64,000 nt of DNA. It comes from an uncultured Bacteriovoracaceae bacterium (GTDB lineage Bacteria; Bdellovibrionota; Bacteriovoracia; Bacteriovoracales; Bacteriovoracaceae). The notes beneath the pieces were generated by a model that did no database searches, was not told the DNA's origin, and saw nothing but the letters and a program-made list of their open reading frames with translations. The translations under genes and the position numbers were made by a program. This document shows positions 7,692 through 16,873 of the stretch, piece after piece. Within the stretch, counting starts at the first letter, position 1. Each line of letters starts with the position of its first letter. The stretch covers positions 398,084-462,083 of the forward strand of contig CAYNWL010000002.1 of assembly GCA_964400895.1 (NCBI GenBank). Reading direction: 5' to 3'.

Positions 7692-9181
7692 AAATACTTT
7701 TTTTTATAATTTGGGGAGTTGCCTTTGCATCCAATCTAAAATGGGCCGCAGATACTTCATCGGGAGCACCTTTTATTTTTTCTGATCCAAAAAAACCCGA
7801 ACAGTTGATTGGATTTGAATATGATATCATTCAATCAATTGGAAAAAGATTGGGAAAGGACCTTGAGTTTACAAATAACGCCTGGGACGGGCTAATCTTG
7901 GGACTTAAAGGTAAAAATTATGATCTGGCCATTAACGGAATTGAGATTACAGTTGAAAGAAAAAAGGAAATTGCTTTCTCAGATCCCTATTATATTACCT
8001 TTGAACAACTTACCGTAAGAAAAGATAACTCCACTATCACCACCCTAAAAGATTGCCATGGAAAAAAAGTTGGCACTCTTAAATCCGCTTTGGCCGAAGA
8101 AATTTTAAATAAAGAGGAAAAAATAGAAGTCATTACTTATGAAGATGAGGTCGCGGCCTATTCTGATTTGGAAAATGGGAGAATTGATGCAGTTTTGTTG
8201 GATGCACCCATCGCTCAGTATTATGCCCTTCCCAATCCTAATCTAAAAAATGTTGGCCCACCAATTGGCCAAATGATGTATGGGATTGTTATTAGAAAAG
8301 AAGATAGGGCATTGCTTGCAGATATAAATAAGGCCTTATCAGAAATGTTTGCCTCTGGAGAGATGAGGCAAATTTATAATGATTGGAATCTATGGAATCC
8401 CTTGATGGCTGTGCATTTTAATGACCCTACAACATCGAGAACACCTCCCACAAAATATTTGGATTATTTAGAATCAACCAGAGGTCTTCATCAACAGGGT
8501 ATTTTATTTAGAATTTCCAGGTATCAAAAATATTTTCCACTTTTTTGGGAAGGAACCCTGGTCACCTTGCAAATAAGTTTGTTATCAATGATTTTGGCGG
8601 TAACTTTAGGTATATTATTGGCAATTCTTCGTCTTTATTCATCCGCTTCCATATCTTTTTTTACGGGATTTTTTATAGAATGTATCAGGGGGACCCCGCT
8701 TTTAATTCAACTGCTTTTTATTTTCTATGGCCTTCCTTCCATTGGTATAAAATTAAGTCCCATGGTTGCCGCAATACTTGGGCTGGGAATAAATTATGCC
8801 GCTTATGAAGCAGAAAATTATCGGGCCGGAATTTTATCTGTGCCGAAAAGCCCAAATGATTCAGGTTTAGCTTTGGGGATGAGCAAATGGCAGGCGCTTT
8901 ACCATATAACTCTTCCTAATGCCATAAGGTTGGTTATTCCTCCGGTTACCAATGATTTTATCTCTCTATTAAAGGATTCTTCATTGGTGTCTATCATTAC
9001 AATGGTTGAGCTAACCAAGGTTTATTCAAAAATCTCCACAACCTATTTTGATTATCTGGGGACCGGAATAATTGTGGCGGCCATTTATCTTTTAATCGGG
9101 CTACCATTTGTAAAGCTAGCTAGATTTTGGGAAAAAAAACTTTCAAAAGAAAATTTAGTATTAAACAAAATTAATTTTTAA
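7688..9181 (+). CDS. fused substrate-binding protein + permease of a polar amino-acid ABC transporter
   Basis: Signal peptide, then a family-3 SBP-like half (DLAINGIEITVERKKEIAFSDPYY). The second half is a His/Glu/Gln/Arg-type permease (RGTPLLIQLLFIFYGLP, ALGMSKWQALYHITLPNA). 4-bp overlap with the ATPase gene. Confidence 0.8.
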   Translation: MKILFFIIWGVAFASNLKWAADTSSGAPFIFSDPKKPEQLIGFEYDIIQSIGKRLGKDLEFTNNAWDGLILGLKGKNYDLAINGIEITVERKKEIAFSDPYYITFEQLTVRKDNSTITTLKDCHGKKVGTLKSALAEEILNKEEKIEVITYEDEVAAYSDLENGRIDAVLLDAPIAQYYALPNPNLKNVGPPIGQMMYGIVIRKEDRALLADINKALSEMFASGEMRQIYNDWNLWNPLMAVHFNDPTTSRTPPTKYLDYLESTRGLHQQGILFRISRYQKYFPLFWEGTLVTLQISLLSMILAVTLGILLAILRLYSSASISFFTGFFIECIRGTPLLIQLLFIFYGLPSIGIKLSPMVAAILGLGINYAAYEAENYRAGILSVPKSPNDSGLALGMSKWQALYHITLPNAIRLVIPPVTNDFISLLKDSSLVSIITMVELTKVYSKISTTYFDYLGTGIIVAAIYLLIGLPFVKLARFWEKKLSKENLVLNKINF

Positions 9182-9288
9182 TAAAATTTATTAAACAAAT
9201 AAGTTTTATTTAAAGTTGGATTAATTTTTTTAAAATCCGATGAAAGAGAGTATTATTAAGTAATAAATAACATTAGGAGGGAAATCCT

Positions 9289-9714
9289 ATGAATAGATCA
9301 GCTATTATTTTATTTCTTTTTTTATCGGGTGGCGCTTTTGCAGATCATTGCGTAAAAAATGATGTAAAAGGGGAAGGTAGAAATGTAGTTGAGAGGATGG
9401 TCGATGAGGCAAATAAGTCAGGCTCCTATTTGGTTAAGAAAACTTTTGGGAAGGATGAATTAATAAGAGTTGGGGAAAAGTTTAGAGTAAAAAAATCAAG
9501 GATGGCATGTGTAGCTCCTGAGGACTGTAAGGTAGTTGGATTTTGTCTTGGTAGTAAATACTCCAGCTCAAAATCATTTGGTCTTGTCCCAGGGACTGGA
9601 GGTTACCAACATCATATCTCAAATCACTGTGTAAGTTTATTGGTAAATGTTGAACGATCTGGAAAATTTGAACCAAGTTGTTTAGACATTGATGATATTG
9701 AAAGAGTAAGATAA
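9289..9714 (+). CDS. secreted hypothetical protein
   Basis: 141-aa ORF with signal peptide MNRSAIILFLFLSGGAFA and a strong AGGAGG RBS upstream. Several Cys. No family recognised. Confidence 0.5.
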   Translation: MNRSAIILFLFLSGGAFADHCVKNDVKGEGRNVVERMVDEANKSGSYLVKKTFGKDELIRVGEKFRVKKSRMACVAPEDCKVVGFCLGSKYSSSKSFGLVPGTGGYQHHISNHCVSLLVNVERSGKFEPSCLDIDDIERVR

Positions 9715-9764
9715 CCTTTCTTTAAAAAGACCGAGTTTTTTCTAAGGGAATGAAAATTAGGTAG

Positions 9765-9806
9765 GTGTGGGCCGAAAAATAATATCTGGCCACACTTTAA
9801 ATTTTT
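9765..9806 (+). terminator. putative rho-independent terminator
   Basis: Hairpin gtgtgg(g)cc ... ggccacac followed by tttaaattttt, about 50 nt after the stop at 9714. Confidence 0.45.
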
Positions 9807-9895
9807 ATTGGTAAAGCACACTAAATTTTGGGATTAGAATTTGGCAGTGAAATAACTGGCTTTTAAAATCCTAAATTAAAAAAAGGATTAATTAA

Positions 9896-10840
9896 ATGGA
9901 AAATATATTTATTGATGCGGAAAGGGAGATTATATCCAGTCGTATTTTAAATTTTAATAGAGAAACGGTCTTTAATGCATGGAGTGAGCTTTCCAAGATC
10001 TCAAAATGGTGGGGTCCACACGGTTTTACCAATACCATCCATAAGTTTGAATTTAAACCTGGTGGGCATTGGAGTTTTATTATGCACGGTCCGAATGGAA
10101 AAAATTATGATAATGAAATAATTTTCCATGAAATAAAAAATCCGGAATTAATAATTTTAGAACATACTTCTCCACCTCATTTTTTTGTTCGGGCCTCTTT
10201 TGAAGAATTAGGGGAAAAAACTCAAGTCACTTTTCGGCAATTATTTGATGATTCCAGGACGTTTGATGCAGTTAAAAACATTTGTATTGAGGGAAATGAG
10301 CAAAATTTTGATAGGTTGGAATCACTTTTAAGCGGGGGGTTTAAGGATTATCCCTTTGACCCAAAGTTGGATTTGATTCTGGAAAAAATAGTGGATATAC
10401 CTCCTAACCTAATATTTAAGGGCTGGACTAGTCCCGAAATTATGCCAAACTGGTTTTGTCCCGTTCCCTGGAAGGCCAAAAACTTCAAAATGGATTTAAG
10501 GCCAGGAGGAGCTTTTAATTGGATGATGGAATCCCCAGAAGGAAAAGAGTTTTTAAATCAAGGAAGCATATTGGAAATTATTCCAAATAAGAAATTAGTA
10601 TTCACCAGTGCTCTTTTGGCAGATTATCGGCCAGTTTCTGAACTGAAATCCGGAGCAGATCTTTTTTTTACCGGCATCATTATTCTTGAACCGTCAGGAA
10701 ATGGCACTAAGTATATTGCAATAGGAAGACATCGGAATGAGCAAGATCGAAAAAGGCATGCCGAGATGGGTTTTGAAAAAGGTTGGGAAATTTGTTTGGA
10801 TCAGCTAGTAGAATTTATGAAAAAGAAAAATTATAGGTAA
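9896..10840 (+). CDS. tandem SRPBCC/AHSA1-like domain protein
   Basis: Two copies of the Aha1/SRPBCC-type pattern (VFNAWSE...WWGPHGF...FKPGGHWSFIMHGPNGK and KGWTSPEIMPNWF...LRPGGAFNWMMESPEGK). Confidence 0.65.
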   Translation: MENIFIDAEREIISSRILNFNRETVFNAWSELSKISKWWGPHGFTNTIHKFEFKPGGHWSFIMHGPNGKNYDNEIIFHEIKNPELIILEHTSPPHFFVRASFEELGEKTQVTFRQLFDDSRTFDAVKNICIEGNEQNFDRLESLLSGGFKDYPFDPKLDLILEKIVDIPPNLIFKGWTSPEIMPNWFCPVPWKAKNFKMDLRPGGAFNWMMESPEGKEFLNQGSILEIIPNKKLVFTSALLADYRPVSELKSGADLFFTGIIILEPSGNGTKYIAIGRHRNEQDRKRHAEMGFEKGWEICLDQLVEFMKKKNYR

Positions 10841-10849
10841 AAATCTTTT

Positions 10850-11836
10850 ATGGCCATAATTCTATCATTATTATTTTCCCTTAACCTATTGGCATCTTCA
10901 GATAATATAAAAAACTTTTTATTTTTTGGAAGAAATAGGGAAGGAATATTCCAAGAATCTTTTTTGAAAACACCCCGATTTCTGGGTGCACAATTGGTTT
11001 ATACTTGGAAAGAATTGGAACCTAAGAAGAATTCATATACCCTTAACATTATAAAAAAAGACCTTAATTTTTTAAAATCAAACCGAAAAAAACTCTTTAT
11101 TCAAATTCAGGATACAACTTTTGACCCCAAGGTTGTAGCAATCCCATCTTATCTTTTGGAAGATCCCATATATAAGGGAGGGGTAGTCTTGCAATTTGAT
11201 GATAAGGGAAAACCCGAAGGGAATGTCATGATGAGGTGGCATCCAGAAATACAAAAACGTTTCCATAAACTTCTTAGGGTTCTAGGAAAGACTTTCGATG
11301 GAAAAATTGAAGGAATAAACCTTCAAGAAACAGCAATAGGTGTAAATGAATCTGCACCAGGATTTAGCTACTCTGGGTATAGGGATAGCATTTTGGCAAA
11401 TATGAAGGCACTAAAGGATTCATTTCCCAAATCAAAAACATTGCAATATGCAAACTTTATGCCTGGAGAGTGGCTCCCTCAAAACGATCGTTCTTACCTT
11501 CGCTCAGTTTTTGAGTATGGGGAAAAAATTGGGGTAGGTATCGGTGCTCCTGATTTGCTCCCAGAAAGGAAAAACCAAAGAAATCATTCCTATAAATTTA
11601 TTCATGAAAGGACCAGTTCAATTCCCATAGGGGTTGCAGTTCAACATGGGAATTATACAGGAACAACAGGTGAAGATATTAAACCAAAAGGAGCCTGGGC
11701 AAATCTGGTACCTAATCTATATGATTATGCTAAAAATTTTCTCCGAGTGGATTATATTTTCTGGGCACCTCAAGAACCATTTTATTCTCATGATTTGCTT
11801 CCCTTTTTTACCGATAAAAAAGGACAAGTAAAATAA
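10850..11836 (+). CDS. secreted hypothetical protein
   Basis: 328-aa ORF with an N-terminal hydrophobic signal (MAIILSLLFSLNLLASS). No family confidently recognised. It has a weak resemblance to TIM-barrel glycosidase-like proteins. Confidence 0.45.
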   Translation: MAIILSLLFSLNLLASSDNIKNFLFFGRNREGIFQESFLKTPRFLGAQLVYTWKELEPKKNSYTLNIIKKDLNFLKSNRKKLFIQIQDTTFDPKVVAIPSYLLEDPIYKGGVVLQFDDKGKPEGNVMMRWHPEIQKRFHKLLRVLGKTFDGKIEGINLQETAIGVNESAPGFSYSGYRDSILANMKALKDSFPKSKTLQYANFMPGEWLPQNDRSYLRSVFEYGEKIGVGIGAPDLLPERKNQRNHSYKFIHERTSSIPIGVAVQHGNYTGTTGEDIKPKGAWANLVPNLYDYAKNFLRVDYIFWAPQEPFYSHDLLPFFTDKKGQVK

Positions 11837-11910
11837 GGAGATTTTAATTTTACTTGAGAGCAATAAAGAAAAATGGAATAATTGGTAAAAACTTAGATGG
11901 GAGTTTGAAT

Positions 11911-12510
11911 ATGAGAAGATTTTGGACTTATTTTGCTTTCCTTTTTTTAGTTTATTCATGTGGTCAATCGAATACCCCACCAACTACAGCCGCGACCTCA
12001 ACGTCTACTAGTTCTATTACAAACCCAACCCCAAATAACATTTCCGCCAGCTACTCACAATTTAGCGCTTCTGTTATAGCAGGAACTTGGGCCACTTCTT
12101 CAACTTGGAATAATTATAAGGGGAAAAATTTGGTTTTTTATTTTACCAAATTAAGTGCCAGCAACTGCCAAACCTATCTTGGAATATTCAAAATATGCAA
12201 TCAAGGAGGAAACTATCAGGCAGATCATAATAATTATCAAAATAATTGGCCTACAGGATCTACCATTTCTCACCCATTCGGAAATACTCTTTCCGCAATC
12301 CAGAACAAATTGACCTGGATAGTGAATAATCCACTGGCCCCAACTCCAACCCAGCCAGGTCCAACTCAAGTAAGTCAAACAATGTGGGCCATACCAACCT
12401 CAGAAGGCATATATTATTTGGATAATTCGTACCCGATGATAGCCAATCCAATGGCCTTTTCAAAAACAGATGGAACTGGTTTTAATTTTTATTCATGGGT
12501 CACTTATTAG
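11911..12510 (+). CDS. lipoprotein, Thr/Ser/Pro-rich (hypothetical)
   Basis: The internal ATG at 11911 gives MRRFWTYFAFLFLVYSCGQ with a lipobox (LVYSC). A low-complexity TTAATSTSTSS linker follows. Confidence 0.5.
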   Translation: MRRFWTYFAFLFLVYSCGQSNTPPTTAATSTSTSSITNPTPNNISASYSQFSASVIAGTWATSSTWNNYKGKNLVFYFTKLSASNCQTYLGIFKICNQGGNYQADHNNYQNNWPTGSTISHPFGNTLSAIQNKLTWIVNNPLAPTPTQPGPTQVSQTMWAIPTSEGIYYLDNSYPMIANPMAFSKTDGTGFNFYSWVTY

Positions 12511-12608
12511 TGACCAAAGTTCAATATTAGAAAAATAAGATAAAAAACAACTAATTTGTAAATTAAAATTGATCCAATTTTTTTATTTTACCTAGAAAAA
12601 ATCTAAGT

Positions 12609-13709
12609 TTATTTGTGTAGGTTTACAAAATTATTAAATATAAAATCCAAAATATCATTTTGAAAAATTGAACAATATTTATTCCTTGACATAGATCTTC
12701 TACAATCATTGGTTAGTGTAACTAAATCTTTTCCAATTTCTAAGGCCAAAATTTTCATCTTTTTAGAAACCTGGACCCTATCTTGAGAATTAAGTTTTTT
12801 TCCAGACCGTTTGGAAATTTTTGTTTTTGATTCGGAGTCTGTTTCTGCCACCTCACCTAAATTGACTGACATATTTTGATAATCATCTATTTTTTTATTT
12901 AATAAGCTATCTCCGCTTATCCATCCGATAACTTCCAAAAAGGAAAGAGAAACAGAAAATCGGTCTCTCAAGGATTTGTCCACTGGCCCTCGGTTCTGCT
13001 CTATGAAAAAGGGATAGTATGCTGGAGTATAGTAACCCTGATCAGAGAGAAGGGAATCGAGATCGGCCAAATCACAATTAAGCTTTCCGGAAGTTCCCGC
13101 TGGTGAATATAAAAAATTAGCGGGTTTAATATCTCCATGGAAAAGCTTTTTTGAATGGATAAATTTTACTCCATTTATCACTTGCCTGAAACAATCTGCA
13201 GCGCTTGGAATATATGCTGTATTTTCAGCTAAATATTCTTTTAATTTGTTAAAATCCCCTACATAAAGGGGAGTTCCAACATATATTTTATTGGGAACAC
13301 TGGTGGTATCCACCATTAAAAATGGCTCAATTCCTGGAGGCACTGTTGGAAACATTCTAATTAATTTAATTGAACTGTTTGCAATATCTAAGGAATCATT
13401 ATTTTTCGGCATAACTGCAATTGCCATAAAACTGTAAACATTCCCTCCTTTGATTCCTAAATAAACCTCCTTGAATCCGCCTTTCCCCAAAAGCATATTG
13501 GTAATATAAAATGGTTCGGGGTATCCCTTTATTGCAAGTAGTTGGGAATTTTTGACCGCATCTAATACCAGTTTTGAGTTTCCCTTTGCGGACCTTAGTG
13601 CCACTAAATAATCTTCAAATTTTTTTATTTTGAAATCATCTTGGATTGGAAAACTGGCACCGTAAGCAAAACCAAAAATATAAATAAATAATATATATAA
13701 AATTCTCAT
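12609..13709 (-). CDS. signal-peptide-bearing eukaryotic-like (Hanks-type) protein kinase-like protein
   Basis: Signal peptide MRILYILFIYIFGFAYGA, Gly-rich loop LGKGGFKEVYLG, catalytic loop FHGDIKPANFLY. A DLADLDS segment sits where DFG is expected and YYTPAYYP where the APE region is expected. Confidence 0.6.
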   Translation of the reverse strand: MRILYILFIYIFGFAYGASFPIQDDFKIKKFEDYLVALRSAKGNSKLVLDAVKNSQLLAIKGYPEPFYITNMLLGKGGFKEVYLGIKGGNVYSFMAIAVMPKNNDSLDIANSSIKLIRMFPTVPPGIEPFLMVDTTSVPNKIYVGTPLYVGDFNKLKEYLAENTAYIPSAADCFRQVINGVKFIHSKKLFHGDIKPANFLYSPAGTSGKLNCDLADLDSLLSDQGYYTPAYYPFFIEQNRGPVDKSLRDRFSVSLSFLEVIGWISGDSLLNKKIDDYQNMSVNLGEVAETDSESKTKISKRSGKKLNSQDRVQVSKKMKILALEIGKDLVTLTNDCRRSMSRNKYCSIFQNDILDFIFNNFVNLHK

Positions 13710-13978
13710 TTTTTATCTCCAAAGCTTTTCGTAAAATTGAATGTACTTTGTATTGTCGGTATTTTTAATTATTTTTAAAGATCTAAACTTCAAGAAAAAC
13801 GAATTTTATTTAATTCCCTATAATAGGAAATTTTAGTTTGAAGATAAAATTTATTTTAGCTAATTTTTATTAAGGGAGGTAGGGATAAAATCTTTTGTCA
13901 GATGTAGTCAAATTGGTCTCCAATGGAGAATTTTATTTTAAAAAAGGTTATAATGTGGTGGATTATTGATACCTTTGC

Positions 13979-14006
13979 TTGACTTTACCCATTTGGAGAA
14001 TAAGAA
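13979..14006 (+). promoter_or_regulatory. candidate sigma-70 promoter for the ceramidase-like gene
   Basis: TTGACT (13979-13984), 16-nt spacer, TAAGAA (14001-14006), 12 nt upstream of the ATG. Pattern match only. Confidence 0.25.
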
Positions 14007-14018
14007 TCCTGCTCCATT

Positions 14019-14744
14019 ATGATTGATCTAACAAATTGTCCTTGGGGCCATCTTGAAAGAGCAAAACTTTCTTTTTGTGAGGCACCCCTTTGTTCTATTG
14101 TTCACCGTCCCTCCGAAACTTATTCCTCATTTGCTTTCGTGGTTGCAGGGCTTTATATCTACAAAATTGCAAGAAAAGATAAAAACTATCATTACATATT
14201 CTTTGCAATTTTTGCGTCCCTAATTGGGTTAACTTCTGCGGCTCTTCACGCTACCTCCTCCAGAATAGGAGAGGTGATGGATGTTTCCTCAATGTTTGCC
14301 TTGGTTAACTTTTGTATAACCCTTGGTCTAAAAAGAAAATTTCCTAATTTATCTGGACTTTCCCAAGTGGGCCTTTTTGTTTTATTTACCATAATATCAA
14401 GTATTTCATTATTTATTGATAATCAGGCAGCAGGTTCTGCCATGTTTGGTTCATTGATTGTAATAGGTGTGCTAACCGAGTATGCCTTATTTAAAAATAC
14501 AAAAATTAAACCTAATTATATGTTATTGGTCCAGGCCATAGGCTCATTGTTGATAGGATGGGGAATTTGGTGGCTGGATATTTTAAAGATTGTTTGTAAT
14601 CCAAATAATCATTTAATAACAGGACACGCAGTTTGGCATTGCTGTAATGCCATCGGAATCATTTATCTTTGGAAATTTTTCGACCAGTTTGAATATGCTC
14701 CATCACCTTTTTGGCCAAGATCTAAAAAATTGGTCCTTAATTAG
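14019..14744 (+). CDS. alkaline-ceramidase-like (ACER/YPC1 family) integral membrane hydrolase
   Basis: Multi-TM protein. It has family-like landmarks in order: N-terminal CE (LSFCEAP), SAALHATSS, MDVSSMF, and C-terminal HAVWH (compare HAWWH in eukaryotic ACERs). Confidence 0.55.
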   Translation: MIDLTNCPWGHLERAKLSFCEAPLCSIVHRPSETYSSFAFVVAGLYIYKIARKDKNYHYIFFAIFASLIGLTSAALHATSSRIGEVMDVSSMFALVNFCITLGLKRKFPNLSGLSQVGLFVLFTIISSISLFIDNQAAGSAMFGSLIVIGVLTEYALFKNTKIKPNYMLLVQAIGSLLIGWGIWWLDILKIVCNPNNHLITGHAVWHCCNAIGIIYLWKFFDQFEYAPSPFWPRSKKLVLN

Positions 14745-15597
14745 GAAATTCAATATTTAAATCTGCGTAAATGGTGAGTCCTCCAGGTCGATTTTCTTTC
14801 CAAAAATCCCAATATGCTCTTAAGGATAAATTTTTGTTATTAAAAGAATAAGACCCTAAAGGCCCAATTGCAGCCGCCTTGGATTTAAAGGAACCATATT
14901 GGGTATTTCCTGTATCTGGAGTCAGCTGATAATAAAGATATCCAACAATACCTGCCTCCCATTGTTCTTCAAATATTTTGGTGAGGGAATAATCCAGGTG
15001 GGAATCTATTCCATTTTTATAATCGGTTTGAGGATTTATGAAATTATAGGTGAAGCCCAAAAGCCCTGAACCTTGAAGACCTGAGCCCTGGTTAAAATAA
15101 GTATAGCCAAATCCCAGATCTAAAGAAAAATGTCCCACCCCAAGGGAATCTATACTTGAGGGATTATAGTAACCTATGGGGAGACCTCCCATTAAATAGA
15201 TATTCCAATTTTGGTTTTCTTTGTTCCAGGCAATTTCTGCAAATGGATACATATCTGAAAGCCCGGTAATATCTTGTGGGGTATTTTCAGAGGATTTTGA
15301 ATCATTATTGGCGATTCCCTGGGCGATAGTAAATGACGGCCTTCCATTAAACCAATTTGTATTGGGAGTATAGGTAGGTTGAAAAAAAATCCAGGGAATT
15401 GAAGACTCAACGGTTTGATTATTAGGGTATTCCAATTTGTTGTCCAAATAATAAAATCTTGTATCGAGACTCCAAAAAGGGTTTTTTGGATTGGCAATTA
15501 GAGAAGCAAATTGGCCACAAAACCAAAAAGAAGCTCCATTCTCATCAGCAAATGAAATATTTCCCAGGAAAACCAAAATTAAAAAAAACTTATTCAT
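14737..15597 (-). CDS. outer-membrane beta-barrel protein (hypothetical)
   Basis: The start at the internal Met gives signal peptide MNKFFLILVFLGNISFA and avoids overlap with the ClC gene. Alternating aromatic/Gly-rich beta-strand pattern (GFGYTYF, GLLGFTYNF, GIVGYLYYQL). Confidence 0.5.
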   Translation of the reverse strand: MNKFFLILVFLGNISFADENGASFWFCGQFASLIANPKNPFWSLDTRFYYLDNKLEYPNNQTVESSIPWIFFQPTYTPNTNWFNGRPSFTIAQGIANNDSKSSENTPQDITGLSDMYPFAEIAWNKENQNWNIYLMGGLPIGYYNPSSIDSLGVGHFSLDLGFGYTYFNQGSGLQGSGLLGFTYNFINPQTDYKNGIDSHLDYSLTKIFEEQWEAGIVGYLYYQLTPDTGNTQYGSFKSKAAAIGPLGSYSFNNKNLSLRAYWDFWKENRPGGLTIYADLNIEFPN

Positions 15598-16855
15598 TTT
15601 TAAAAAATTTTCGGGGGAGATCACCAGCCCACCTTAATATCATTAATAGTCTTTGATGTTTTTTTAAATATACTTTTTGAGCATGGAAAATCCCCGAATG
15701 TCCGGAAAAATAATAAGCACTATAGCATGCTAAAAAAGAGTAAGGCGCCATTTTAAACCCAAAAATCTCTATTGCAACTATACTTAATGTCAATGGTGCA
15801 TTTGCGGCCCCTGCAAAGACTGCAACAAATCCCATCCCGGCCAAAAGTTGAAAGGAAATCGGGAAAACGGAGGAAAGCGCACTCCCTAAAGTACTACCAA
15901 TAAACACCATTGGGATAAATTCTCCGCCTTTAAATCCTGATCCAACTGTAATGGAGGAATAAACCAATTTTAGAAAAGGGGTTTTTAAAATTTCTGGTAC
16001 CATAAATGCTTGTTTAATTTCGGAAAGACCAAGTCCCTTAAATTTATTAGTTCCTTCTATGTAAAAAAGAATTATCACTACAACCCCACCGATAAAAGTA
16101 GCAAAAGGGGGATAGGTGAAAAAACGAGATAAGCACCTATGGACAAAATTTTTGGATTTAACGAAAATTTGTGAGGTAATTCCAAAAATAATTCCTGAAA
16201 GTATGGAATAAAAAATTGTTATAAGGTTTGGATCAGGAATTTGAAAATGTAGAAGTTCAAAATCATGATAATGCAAGCTTACCATTGTAAAATAGGCCAC
16301 AAAAGAGGTTACCAGGCATTCCAGCCAATAATGTAATTTAAATCTTCCAATTGTAATTACTTCCATTCCAAAAAGCGATCCTGCCCATGGTGCACCTAAC
16401 ATTGCCCCAAAACTTGCACCGGCGGCGGCAATCATTAAAATTTTTCTTTCCTCACGATTAATAGTGAAAAAATCTTGAAGACGATCTGTAAATGCAACTC
16501 CCATTTGAACTGCTGTCCCCTCTCTACCGGTTGGTCCCCCGAAAAGATGGGTTAGTATCGTGCTTAAAAAAATAAATGGGGCTTTTCTTATAGGGAGCTT
16601 TATTTTTGGCTCAAGGATTTCCTCAATTATTAAATCGGTTCCCCCTGCTACACTCTGACCAAAATGATAATAAATTGTCCCAATAATAAATCCTGCTAAG
16701 GGAAGAAACCAAATGATATACTCATGTGCTTCCCTTGTTGAGGTGACCAAGTGAAGGGAAAAGGAAAGTATCCAGACCGCAACTCCACATAAAATGCCGC
16801 TCAAAACGCAGAAAAATATTAAACGAGAAAATTGGATTGGGGAGAAATTTTTCAC
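15590..16855 (-). CDS. ClC-family voltage-gated chloride channel/antiporter
   Basis: Polytopic membrane protein with ClC selectivity-filter blocks GPTGREGT and GSGFKGGEFIP. Confidence 0.8.
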   Translation of the reverse strand: MKNFSPIQFSRLIFFCVLSGILCGVAVWILSFSLHLVTSTREAHEYIIWFLPLAGFIIGTIYYHFGQSVAGGTDLIIEEILEPKIKLPIRKAPFIFLSTILTHLFGGPTGREGTAVQMGVAFTDRLQDFFTINREERKILMIAAAGASFGAMLGAPWAGSLFGMEVITIGRFKLHYWLECLVTSFVAYFTMVSLHYHDFELLHFQIPDPNLITIFYSILSGIIFGITSQIFVKSKNFVHRCLSRFFTYPPFATFIGGVVVIILFYIEGTNKFKGLGLSEIKQAFMVPEILKTPFLKLVYSSITVGSGFKGGEFIPMVFIGSTLGSALSSVFPISFQLLAGMGFVAVFAGAANAPLTLSIVAIEIFGFKMAPYSFLACYSAYYFSGHSGIFHAQKVYLKKHQRLLMILRWAGDLPRKFFKNE

Positions 16856-16873
16856 TCTAGGAAGAATTATAAT

